From an uncultured archaeon (GTDB lineage Archaea > Asgardarchaeota > Thorarchaeia > Thorarchaeales > Thorarchaeaceae), in the NCBI GenBank assembly GCA_964458565.1, contig CAYWJO010000003.1:32001-96000 (forward strand): DNA of 64,000 bases, given 5' to 3'. Positions 1 to 9,499 of this stretch are shown piece after piece; position 1 is the first letter of the stretch, and each line of letters opens with the position of its first letter. The notes beneath the pieces were generated by a model. That model ran no database searches, was not told where the DNA came from, and saw nothing but the letters and a program-made list of their open reading frames with translations. The position numbers were made by a program, and so were the translations under genes.

Positions 1-81
1 TCGAAATGTAGTGGTTGACGAATGAATAGGAACAAACATCGTCAACACTATCAGGATGATGATCATGTGGGTTTTTTTCAT
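1..81 (-). CDS. N-terminus of a secreted/membrane protein, runs off the window edge
   Basis: Manual translation from ATG at 81: MKKTHMIIILIVLTMFVPIHSSTTTFR, a basic plus hydrophobic signal peptide; starts 5 nt after the stop of the S8 gene. Confidence 0.6.
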   Translation of the reverse strand, partial: MKKTHMIIILIVLTMFVPIHSSTTTFR

Positions 82-86
82 AGGTA

Positions 87-2813
87 CTACTTCCGTAGTG
101 TTATAGATTTTCGTGGATGAATCATTGATATTCTTTTGCCCATGGATGGAATCTCAGTTATACCACTATCTGAGAACAAGCGACAGATAGGTTCAATGAA
201 AAGCGCAATCAAAGAAGCAACAATTATCGACAACCAAGATTGTGATTCGCCTTCAATAGATAGCGTTCCGAGATTATACTCATCTATACGACCACTTTGA
301 CCGTGGGCTGCAGCAATGACCGCATATTCACCTGGTTCTAGATGACTTATGTCCAGTTCGAATTCGTAGAACCCATCTTCGCCAGCAAGTGATGTATTAT
401 CCCATGAGTTCATAGATGATGAAAATCCAATCGTAACGTCGGATAAGAAATGATAGTTCGCTATAGTAATCGCACCAACAAGAGGTTGTGTGGTATCAGA
501 AACTGTATGTGTTTCTAAATACGCTTCTGTTATGAAGAAATGACCGCCGGTTCCTTTGTCAATAAGCAGTGGTGGAAGCTGAAAATCAGTGAGGGCATCC
601 CCAATTTGAAGCAGTAGACTTGTTCCAGTGGGCGAAAATGCATCAGCCTTCGGAAATGCAATCGTGATGTCTGAGGACTGATTCTCACTTCCAACGTATG
701 AATAATATCCGAGTTCATCATGTATTGCCCAAGATGCGCTCAAATCAGACGTTGGAGAATCAGCATCATAAATTGAAAAACCTAATTCGATGTCGGTCTC
801 AGTTTGGGATATTTGCAAATTCTTCACAAGTGGTCTATAGATGTAGGTAGGATTCTCATGATATCCCATTTCTTGGCCCAACGAATTCAAGACATCGCAG
901 AGTCCATAGCCCCACGAAATATCACATTCTTCATAATGAGAATTATTACCGCCTGCGCCAGCTAAAGTAGCAGTATACTCTAACCACCCTGATGAGTCAT
1001 CGGAAGCTTGCTTCAGAAGAGCGATAACTCCTGCAATGTGAGGAGCAGCCATACTTGTCCCACTCCTAGTAATCCATAATGAACTCAGACTTGATGAAGC
1101 AGCTATTATTGACGTACCAGGTGCAACAATATTTGGTTTCATAACACCATCAATTCTCGGTCCAACCCCAGATGAACTAGAAATTCCAAAGCTGGATTCT
1201 GCATAATTTCCTACACAGATACCTAAATCTGAGGTGCCAGGCGAACTGACGATATTCGTATAATCTATATGGCTAGTGAAAACTAAATCACTTCCACTCC
1301 AACTATTATCCCAAGCATAGCCATCCAGAATAACATCAGCTCCATCAGGGTTAGTGATCTCAATATCCCATGCACCTGAATAGATGAAGTGATCAACAGC
1401 AGATAACTGAATCAATAATCTATGCGTACCCCTTAGGCTTGAGTCAGCAAATATCTCAGCACGTATCGATTGGTAATCGATTGTGAACAAAGAATTTTCA
1501 ATATCCATGAATCGCCCCAAATCGATAGTCTCATCTGTGGGGGAAATCAATCGGATTTCTTCATCAAGATCAATTGATTTCCACAATAGGTTGATGTATG
1601 AATTTGTACTTGGACTGGATGATTGCATATTGATTGATTGGAAACCACCAGAAGGGATAATTGCGCGAGCATGTTTCGGACGCCCACCTAAATTTCCAGA
1701 AGCAACTGTCGAAATTATACCATGCTTAATAAAAGCCTCATTGACCAAGAGTTCTTCAAAATCTGTACCATCCATGTAACCAGCATAATTAGAGAAGGAC
1801 ATATTGATAACATCAGCATCATTTTCGATTGCGAAGTAAATAGCCTCAATAATATCACTTAGTTCTAGTGTGCTCTTAATCGCAATCAAGTCAGCACCAG
1901 GCGCTACTCCCACCATATCAGTGAAATCAGGGTGGCCACCAAGAGCAATTGACGATACATGAGTTCCATGACCATGATAGTCACCATCTCCTTGAGCTAA
2001 AGATGTAAGATTAACACCACGAAAATAAATTGTGTCAGTAAATTGGTCGAGAAAAACACACACCTTTGATTCATCTAGCAGAACTACACTTTCAGAATCC
2101 AGATCGACTATCCCATCGTCATTTTGATCAATTCCTGCAACCCAACGTTCGTTATAATTCGGAGAGAAAACACCGTCATGGTAAATGTCAGTGAACAAAT
2201 ATTCATTCGCTGAGTCAATCTGCGAAGGATTCTGTGCATCTGTATGAGACAGTGGTCCTTCATCCTCATCTGGTTGAAGGTCTCCATCAATATCAGCATA
2301 GTAGAATGACCCATCTTTCAAAACTGAAACAGGGTTTGAGGAATTACGCCAGAATGAGGGGTGCAACCATTCAACGCCAGTATCGATTACTGCAATCCTT
2401 ACTCCGGTACCTAGTATTCTATCATCAGTAAATTGATAATTCCAAACATCATTAGCTCTAATTGTGGAAGTAGATGTGAGTAGTGAGGGATAGAACTTCT
2501 TATCGCCATTTTGAATTCTAATAAGTCCAAGTTCATCTAGCAATGATGCATCAATATCAGCATCAATTCTTGCACTATAGACACGCCCAACATGAATCAC
2601 TTCATCCTGATGGCGCTTAAAATGAACCCCTGATTCCTCTGCAAGTTCTATTTGACTAGGATATAATTCTGTATTAAATAGAAGTACTGATTCTTGGCTA
2701 GTATTAGTTCTTACTGTTGAATACTTAATAGATGGAGTAAAAAGAGAGGACACTAGAGGGGTTGCCAGAACGCTTAGGATTAGGAGAATTTTAATTATGG
2801 CGGCTCGACGCAG
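87..2813 (-). CDS. S8 subtilisin-like serine protease, secreted, with acidic Ca-binding-type insert and C-terminal hydrophobic anchor
   Basis: Triad motifs IDTGV, HGTHV, GTSMAAPH; oxyanion ASGN. Frame is open upstream of the track start (2753) to a CTG at 2813 that adds a signal peptide. Confidence 0.85.
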   Translation of the reverse strand: MRRAAIIKILLILSVLATPLVSSLFTPSIKYSTVRTNTSQESVLLFNTELYPSQIELAEESGVHFKRHQDEVIHVGRVYSARIDADIDASLLDELGLIRIQNGDKKFYPSLLTSTSTIRANDVWNYQFTDDRILGTGVRIAVIDTGVEWLHPSFWRNSSNPVSVLKDGSFYYADIDGDLQPDEDEGPLSHTDAQNPSQIDSANEYLFTDIYHDGVFSPNYNERWVAGIDQNDDGIVDLDSESVVLLDESKVCVFLDQFTDTIYFRGVNLTSLAQGDGDYHGHGTHVSSIALGGHPDFTDMVGVAPGADLIAIKSTLELSDIIEAIYFAIENDADVINMSFSNYAGYMDGTDFEELLVNEAFIKHGIISTVASGNLGGRPKHARAIIPSGGFQSINMQSSSPSTNSYINLLWKSIDLDEEIRLISPTDETIDLGRFMDIENSLFTIDYQSIRAEIFADSSLRGTHRLLIQLSAVDHFIYSGAWDIEITNPDGADVILDGYAWDNSWSGSDLVFTSHIDYTNIVSSPGTSDLGICVGNYAESSFGISSSSGVGPRIDGVMKPNIVAPGTSIIAASSSLSSLWITRSGTSMAAPHIAGVIALLKQASDDSSGWLEYTATLAGAGGNNSHYEECDISWGYGLCDVLNSLGQEMGYHENPTYIYRPLVKNLQISQTETDIELGFSIYDADSPTSDLSASWAIHDELGYYSYVGSENQSSDITIAFPKADAFSPTGTSLLLQIGDALTDFQLPPLLIDKGTGGHFFITEAYLETHTVSDTTQPLVGAITIANYHFLSDVTIGFSSSMNSWDNTSLAGEDGFYEFELDISHLEPGEYAVIAAAHGQSGRIDEYNLGTLSIEGESQSWLSIIVASLIALFIEPICRLFSDSGITEIPSMGKRISMIHPRKSITLRK

Positions 2814-2904
2814 TCTAACTCCACTCCATTACATATCTGCAGTTCGTCTTCATATCAACCTATGCCTTTTATTATCATATGCCAATGGCGAAATCATCTG
2901 AAGT

Positions 2905-4260
2905 CTACTCCTTTGAAATGACATTGACATCATCAAACGCAATATCAGGTCCGATTATTGAAACCAAGATTCTTGTTGTGGATGAAATTTCTTTTACCTG
3001 TTTCAATAAATCGAAGATGTTACCTGATATCATCAATCCTTGTACCGCACCTACCATTTCTCCATTCTCTATGAGTATTGCTGGATTTCCAACAATACTG
3101 AAATCTCCAGATTCAGGATTGGAACTATGTGCACCTTGAACATTACGAATATAGTATCCATAATCGATTTCCTTGATGAGTTCAGATACATCGCGTGTCC
3201 CTGGTTCGATTACTGCTGTGGAGGGAGAAATTTGCACAAGACCTTGTCGCATATTTCGACTAGCATTACCTGTGCTCTTCAAGCCATTCCTGTTAGCCCA
3301 ATATGTATCCCAGATAAAAGATCTAAGCACTCCATTTTCGATGATTGTAGTTTTTTGTCTTGCTACACCCTCATCGTCTGCAATTGATGTGTTTATACCT
3401 CTTGGGTCCGTTCCATCATCATAGATTGTTACAAATTCATTCGCTATTTGTTGACCAATCATATCACCAATTTTTGATTTCCCACGGGTAACATTTTCAC
3501 CACTTATGGAGGGTACTAGCGTAAATTGCATTAGCTGACTATATGCGTTTGGATGAAAGATAACCGGATACTTCCCAGTTTTCCCATTGGCTGTCTTCAT
3601 ACATATCCGTATCATCTCAACATTATCGCGAACCACAGATTGAGTGTCAACCTCAAGCCCACGCTGAATGTCATATGATCCAACACTAGGAGTCATCCCG
3701 GTTTCGGTTTTAGCAACAGACTGAATGACTGTATAACCTGCGGAATTGCGTTCACAGTGTTCAACACCATTGCTGTTAGCGTACGCGGAATAGGTATATC
3801 CCGCACCAGAGGACCCAAATGCAGGGATGATGGAGGGCTCAGCTTTAGTAACTTCACCTAGTAGAGACGTAGTCATCTCTACAATCTTAGCAGAGTCAGC
3901 ACTAACTATGGAACCATCCCAGATTCCATCGATAGCAGCGTACTTGGATGGATAGGGCAATGCAATCCATTCATGATCTTCCGTTGTCGCTCTAGCTGCT
4001 GCAAGTGCCATTTCAACTGCTTCCTCGACTGCTTCTTTTGTGTATAGATTAGTGAATGCAGAACCCATTCTCTTACCTAAATAGAGACGAATAGCTATTT
4101 GGGTCCCTGTGGTCATGTTGACTGAGTTGACTTGACCCATTCGAACAACTGTTTCCAGCTCCGATTCATAAATTGCACGAACCTCTATTGAATCAGCTTC
4201 TCTGTTTTTCCCAAAGGATATAATGTGCTTACATAAATCTAAAAGTTGCTTCTCGTCCAC
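2905..4260 (-). CDS. pmbA: TldE/PmbA family protein
   Basis: DDEGV, STGNA and SGDFS motifs, no HExxxH; follows tldD. Likely start GTG 4260 after AGGAGG (track start 4311). Confidence 0.88.
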   Translation of the reverse strand: MDEKQLLDLCKHIISFGKNREADSIEVRAIYESELETVVRMGQVNSVNMTTGTQIAIRLYLGKRMGSAFTNLYTKEAVEEAVEMALAAARATTEDHEWIALPYPSKYAAIDGIWDGSIVSADSAKIVEMTTSLLGEVTKAEPSIIPAFGSSGAGYTYSAYANSNGVEHCERNSAGYTVIQSVAKTETGMTPSVGSYDIQRGLEVDTQSVVRDNVEMIRICMKTANGKTGKYPVIFHPNAYSQLMQFTLVPSISGENVTRGKSKIGDMIGQQIANEFVTIYDDGTDPRGINTSIADDEGVARQKTTIIENGVLRSFIWDTYWANRNGLKSTGNASRNMRQGLVQISPSTAVIEPGTRDVSELIKEIDYGYYIRNVQGAHSSNPESGDFSIVGNPAILIENGEMVGAVQGLMISGNIFDLLKQVKEISSTTRILVSIIGPDIAFDDVNVISKE

Positions 4261-4273
4261 TTTCTTCTTCCTC

Positions 4274-5662
4274 CTAGCTACTTCCTCCGAAGGTGATACC
4301 ACCTTTGGCAAAACGGACTTTTGGCCCTCCAGAACCTATGAAGGCCTCCTGACCTTTTCCACAACGTCCCACTTCCCATTCAAGATTCTCTTTAGAGATT
4401 CCAGTAATCTTAAACAGTGAATCTGTGGCAATTCCTGAAATCGACATATCGGTCAATGATCTTCCCAGTTCTCCGTTTACAATCTCATAGGCTTCTTGAA
4501 TACCAACTTGAAAACTAGCATTCATTTGTGCTTGTCCAGCGCGGAAATCAGCACAATAGTATCCGAAATCGATTCCTTCAAAGAGTTCTTCATCAGACAT
4601 ATCACCTGGTTCAATGTAGGTGTTTCGCATTCGGATTATGGGAGGATACAAGTAGCTTTCAGCGCGAGCACTTCCAGTCGGACGGTATCCTAATTTCTGA
4701 GCATATTCCCGATTGGTAAGTAATTCGACCAGAACTGAATCTTTGATAATCTCTACTCTGCTCGTAGGAACCCCTTCATCATCGAATTTACTCGTCCCCA
4801 TTAGACCTTCTAGAGTACCATCATCAGTCATATTTACTCCTTCAGCAGCAACAACCTCCCCTACCTTACCATTGAATGCACTATTTACATTCAAATCTGC
4901 TTCTGAGAGATGACCAAGCGCTTCATGAGCTAGAATTCCAATGACACGAGGACCAAAAATACAAGGGTATGAACCTGCTTTTGGCGAAACGCCTTCGAGC
5001 TGCAACGTCACACGCTCAGCTACTTTCTCACCGATATATTCAGGAGTAGCAAATTTATTCATATATTCCCAGCCTTGTTTTGACGAAGCCTCTTCATACC
5101 GTGCTGTAGTCAACCTAGTTCCTTCCTTCCCTGTAGCCCAAGGGTAAACCCAAACAAGGATACCAGATGATTGAAGATTCGTTCCATCAGAGGTTAGGAG
5201 ATATTTTGTAACAGAAGAAGTCCGAATACTCACTGTTACTGCAGTAATTCGTTTATCGTAATTTTGAACATGTTTGGTTAGTTTTGACATATATTCGATT
5301 TTTTCTTCAATAGGAACATGTCTTGGGTCGAGTTCAACATTAGTAGTCAGCTTAGATTCATGCGGTTTTATTTCAACAAGTTCAATCGGTTCTCTGCGAG
5401 TTGCAGCTGCAGCTTTTGCCATTGAACAGGCATCAACAACAGCTTGCTCCATATCAGCTAGGTTTCCTGTTGACACAAATCCCCATGCACCATCAACCAG
5501 AACACGAATAGCAACCCCTCGCTCTATTCGTTGTGTCAAGGCATTGATTCGTCCATCATCCATTTTGATGAATTCGATGAAACCGTCTTCACCTCGAGCT
5601 TCTATGTAACTCGCTCCAGCATTTTGTCCGGCTTCAATTGCAGTCTGTAATTTGTCAATCAA
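4274..5662 (-). CDS. tldD: TldD family metalloprotease
   Basis: HEALGHLSEAD metal motif, FDDEGV, RMRNTY, CGKGQ. Confidence 0.92.
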   Translation of the reverse strand: MIDKLQTAIEAGQNAGASYIEARGEDGFIEFIKMDDGRINALTQRIERGVAIRVLVDGAWGFVSTGNLADMEQAVVDACSMAKAAAATRREPIELVEIKPHESKLTTNVELDPRHVPIEEKIEYMSKLTKHVQNYDKRITAVTVSIRTSSVTKYLLTSDGTNLQSSGILVWVYPWATGKEGTRLTTARYEEASSKQGWEYMNKFATPEYIGEKVAERVTLQLEGVSPKAGSYPCIFGPRVIGILAHEALGHLSEADLNVNSAFNGKVGEVVAAEGVNMTDDGTLEGLMGTSKFDDEGVPTSRVEIIKDSVLVELLTNREYAQKLGYRPTGSARAESYLYPPIIRMRNTYIEPGDMSDEELFEGIDFGYYCADFRAGQAQMNASFQVGIQEAYEIVNGELGRSLTDMSISGIATDSLFKITGISKENLEWEVGRCGKGQEAFIGSGGPKVRFAKGGITFGGSS

Positions 5663-5767
5663 CTATATCTACTCCTAGGAAGCATGTGAATACGGGTAAT
5701 GCGAATTAATAGGCTTTTGTTTTCCTGTATCATATGTTGACCAAAAGGCCAAATACGATTCAGATAC

Positions 5768-7804
5768 ATGACAATCTGCTTGGCTATGAAAGAGATGGAG
5801 ATACCCCCTGAATTTGGTCATCTTCAGAATGACAAAGAAATTCCTTGGGACACGATTCTGAAAACTGCAAAGAAGAAAAGGGAAGAGGGGTCGCCTTATT
5901 TCACATCGATTACAGATATTGCAATTGAACTCGCAACTGATGAAAGTATGAAAGTAAATGGTAATGAGAAACTGATACGACTAGGTGTTGAATCCGCTCT
6001 TGTAAGAGGTCGACTTGCTGAGGCGTTATTCCTCTCAACTGAAATTGAGAGTATTGAGATTCTGAGTTTAAGATCAATGGTACTTTTTGTCTTATCAGAC
6101 ATTGAAGCACTTACAACTACATTGAATCTAATGTCAGAATTAGTTACGGAGCATTCAGCCCCAACAGACAGAGTAAGATTAAGCACCGCTAAGGTATTTC
6201 TAGCTGCAGCAGAACGCGATACAAGTGTTATCACATGTGTTATGGAATTCGATAATCTACTTGAAAACAATCCTGAGCAGATAGAAGAACCAATTATTGA
6301 AACGATGTTCACATTATACGTCGTTGGATCATTGCTTCTTGAGGTAGGTCAATCACAACGCGCATTGCATATAGCAGATACGCTACAAAAGATGGCAAAG
6401 AAAAGAAATCACAGAATGGTAATAGCACTAGTAGAAAATCTTAGAGGAAATATCGCAAATCAGATGGGTGATTTTGAAGATGCTGAAGAACATTACTATC
6501 GCCTGCAAAAAATCAGTCAGGATTTAGAATTTCGATTAGGATTAGGAATGGCACTTAATAATTTAGGTGTCCTTCGATTGAACTCGCTTCGATTGGAAGA
6601 TGCTTTGAAGATGTTTCAAGAAGCGCATAAGCTCCTAGATATGGACCGGGGAAAACTCGTAAGTTTAACCAATATTGGTGAGATTGAAACCGTATTGGGG
6701 ATGTATAATGAGGCCATAATACACCTGAAGGAAGCAGTACGCTTAGAACAAAAAACAAGGAGTGATATTATTGAGGCGTATAGTTGGACCGTCATACTTT
6801 GTTCCCGTCTGGGTAAATTCAAAGATGCAATGAACAACCTGAAAATCTCTGAAGAGATATCAAGGCGATCAGAGAAACCAAAACAGATAGGAGCTCATTT
6901 GCATGCGAAGGGTATCTATCACGCCATGAAGGGAGAACGTTCGGAAGCGGTAGAAGCATTTTCAGCGGCTATTGAAGTTGCTAAAGAGAATAATATTTTC
7001 GAGGTACTAGTCAAGGTCAAGTTGGAGTTCGCTAGATTCTATCTTGAGGAGTATATGAAATCTAAGGAAGCGACGATTCTATCTGATGCCGCTTACCATC
7101 TAAATGACTTAATTCAAATTGCGAAAGAACAAGGACTTCAGTCATTGTATGCTGAAGCGCTTCTATTGAGAAGTGACATCCTTAGGATTGGAAAGAAGGA
7201 ACTCGAAGCTAAGGGAGACCTCGAACGTGTATTGAACATAGCAACTTTTCAAGAAAATACGGTTCTTGAGAAACAAGCAAACCAAAGATTAAGAATGCTC
7301 TCAACATCCGAGAAGGAAAAAGTTCTCGCTCAATCAGAGATGGTAAAATCACTCGATCGTGTTGCTGGATTCAAACCTGCAGGTCAACTAAAGAGTATTC
7401 CATTTCCAACATTGCACACGCTCCTCGCACTGAGTCGAAGGTCGGGTCTTCCAGAATTTGTGCATTCGTTTGGAGATAGTCCTCGTGTTGATAGTTCAAT
7501 TATCAGTGGATTCATCTCTGCAATAGCTTCATTCACAAATGAGTTCATGGGAGACAAAGGTCTCCTAAGGTCGATAAACCATGAGGGATTTGTGTTAATG
7601 ATGGAATATACTGCCTCTCGAATCATTACGTTGGTTGCGAGTGAAGAAACCTTCGAAATCAGATATCGGCTGCATGAATTTGCAGATCAATTTGATATGA
7701 AATATCCACCTGACGAGGATGAGGTAATTGAAACCTCAAAATACGATGGAGCAGAAGAGATAGTAGAAAATTTGTTTGCATTTGCTCTAAAAGGAGAAGA
7801 TTAG
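5768..7804 (+). CDS. TPR-repeat protein with C-terminal longin-like domain
   Basis: TPR signatures (ALNNLG, SLTNIG); C-terminus SGLP..HSF..DSSIISGFISAIASFTNEF..LRSINHEGF is typical of Asgard longin-like domains. Confidence 0.7.
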   Translation: MTICLAMKEMEIPPEFGHLQNDKEIPWDTILKTAKKKREEGSPYFTSITDIAIELATDESMKVNGNEKLIRLGVESALVRGRLAEALFLSTEIESIEILSLRSMVLFVLSDIEALTTTLNLMSELVTEHSAPTDRVRLSTAKVFLAAAERDTSVITCVMEFDNLLENNPEQIEEPIIETMFTLYVVGSLLLEVGQSQRALHIADTLQKMAKKRNHRMVIALVENLRGNIANQMGDFEDAEEHYYRLQKISQDLEFRLGLGMALNNLGVLRLNSLRLEDALKMFQEAHKLLDMDRGKLVSLTNIGEIETVLGMYNEAIIHLKEAVRLEQKTRSDIIEAYSWTVILCSRLGKFKDAMNNLKISEEISRRSEKPKQIGAHLHAKGIYHAMKGERSEAVEAFSAAIEVAKENNIFEVLVKVKLEFARFYLEEYMKSKEATILSDAAYHLNDLIQIAKEQGLQSLYAEALLLRSDILRIGKKELEAKGDLERVLNIATFQENTVLEKQANQRLRMLSTSEKEKVLAQSEMVKSLDRVAGFKPAGQLKSIPFPTLHTLLALSRRSGLPEFVHSFGDSPRVDSSIISGFISAIASFTNEFMGDKGLLRSINHEGFVLMMEYTASRIITLVASEETFEIRYRLHEFADQFDMKYPPDEDEVIETSKYDGAEEIVENLFAFALKGED

Positions 7805-7834
7805 AAGAGCTTCAATATAGAGGAATAATAAGTC

Positions 7835-9499
7835 ATGACAAATCAAGAGGAAATTGAATCGATTTTAAAGAACGGTGAAACCAGGAATACCGAGTTTAAA
7901 CGCAAACTGACAAAGGTAGATCTCAAATCTGATAGAAGACAGAAACTAATAACAAGAATACGCTTCATGACTTGTGAAACCCCATTTGAAGGACTGTTCC
8001 TCGTTGGAATTGAAGACATCAGTGGAAAGGAATGGAAAATATATGGTCTTTCTGAGAAGGAAAGGAAAGAGTCAGAAAAAGTGCTAAATCAAATATGCGA
8101 AGAGGCTGAAGTTGAGATAATTGAGGAGGAGTCAGTCGAAACACCGAAAGGTCTCGTTGGTATTTACTTACTAAAACGCCTTGCAGCTCCAGAAATAAAA
8201 GAAACATGTACTATCAATGTAGCAGGAAGAGTAAATTCAGGAAAATCAACATTGATAGGTTGTATTGTAACCGGCTCAACAGATGATGGGAGTGGCAAGG
8301 CACGAGCATTTCTATTAACACACCCACAGGAGATTACTAGAGGCCAAACCGCAGATATTCATATGACCTTTATGGGATTTCAAAAAAACGGGGATGCGAT
8401 TTATTTAGATAATCCATTAAATAAAAGCGAGGTGGCTCGTGTGTTAGATCAATCACAAAAAATTCTCACTTTTTTTGACGCCCCTGGACATAAGGAATAC
8501 AGCAAAACCATGATTCGGAGTATCTTGGGTGCAGATGCTCAATATGGCTTAGTGTTGGTTCCCGGACCTGAAGGGGCAGCATTAATACGATCCGAAGAAG
8601 AAGTTAGTGGTCTTCGGAGACTAGATGATATTACTAGAGAACACCTCATCCTTATGTCAAGTCGTAGCGTACCCTTTATTGTAGCCATATCTAAAATTGA
8701 TAAAACTAAACCAGATGACCTGGTCCTTGTTTCTTCTGTTCTTAGATCAACACTGAAAGAAATAGGAAGAATTCCTGTAGCTCTCTCAAATGTATCTGAG
8801 ATATCTCCGATAATTCAAGAGATAAGATACGGAACAATTGTTCCAATAATTCGTACATCTGCAACAAAGAGGTCATCACTTGATCTAATGACAGAGTTAT
8901 TCAAACAGTTGCCAATCGATCAGAAATCGGAAGACGTGTCGAAAGCTGCAACTGCATTTGTTGACAAAGTATATCGGGGAATTAGAGGAACTAACGTTGT
9001 AGTCACAGGTACAGTGAGCACAGGAGTATTCAAAGAAGGTCAGAATATACAGATAGGACCAGACTCAACAGGAATGCCTCATGAAGGACGGTTGTTCAGC
9101 ATTGAGATGTTCAAGAAACGTATATCACGTGTTAAAGCAGGCGACCTTTTTGGATTTGACATCAAAGAACTTGAGAAGCACAAGGTAAGAAGAGGTCAAA
9201 TGATTACAGATGTCGACTATGAACTTCCATCAAGTCGAGTGTTTGAAGCAAACATCGTTGTAACAAGACACCCAACCAGAATTTCTGCTGGATATTCTCC
9301 TGTATTGCAGTGCCACACAATACAACAAACCGTAACATTGAAGGAGATATATGATGCAGAGTACTTAAGTGTTGGAGATTTTGCTAGAGTAAAATTAGAG
9401 TTTCTACTCTACCCCGAACCAATTGCAATTGGAGATAAAATCGTACTTCGTGAAGAAAACACAAGAGCTATTGGGACAGTTGTAAGCATTATTGAGTAA
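7835..9499 (+). CDS. Archaeal GTPBP1-like translational GTPase with N-terminal AlbA_2/Schlafen-like domain
   Basis: G1 GRVNSGKST, G2 RGQT, G3 DAPGH, G4 SKID, EF-Tu-like domains II/III; N-terminal GETRNTEFK. Confidence 0.85.
   Translation: MTNQEEIESILKNGETRNTEFKRKLTKVDLKSDRRQKLITRIRFMTCETPFEGLFLVGIEDISGKEWKIYGLSEKERKESEKVLNQICEEAEVEIIEEESVETPKGLVGIYLLKRLAAPEIKETCTINVAGRVNSGKSTLIGCIVTGSTDDGSGKARAFLLTHPQEITRGQTADIHMTFMGFQKNGDAIYLDNPLNKSEVARVLDQSQKILTFFDAPGHKEYSKTMIRSILGADAQYGLVLVPGPEGAALIRSEEEVSGLRRLDDITREHLILMSSRSVPFIVAISKIDKTKPDDLVLVSSVLRSTLKEIGRIPVALSNVSEISPIIQEIRYGTIVPIIRTSATKRSSLDLMTELFKQLPIDQKSEDVSKAATAFVDKVYRGIRGTNVVVTGTVSTGVFKEGQNIQIGPDSTGMPHEGRLFSIEMFKKRISRVKAGDLFGFDIKELEKHKVRRGQMITDVDYELPSSRVFEANIVVTRHPTRISAGYSPVLQCHTIQQTVTLKEIYDAEYLSVGDFARVKLEFLLYPEPIAIGDKIVLREENTRAIGTVVSIIE

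Noticed and set aside
2905-5662. TldD/E, and the SagB-like gene at 53.6 kb, as parts of the RiPP-like system
   Set aside because: Both are widespread stand-alone genes in archaea, lie more than 19 kb from the rSAM locus, and no YcaO is present
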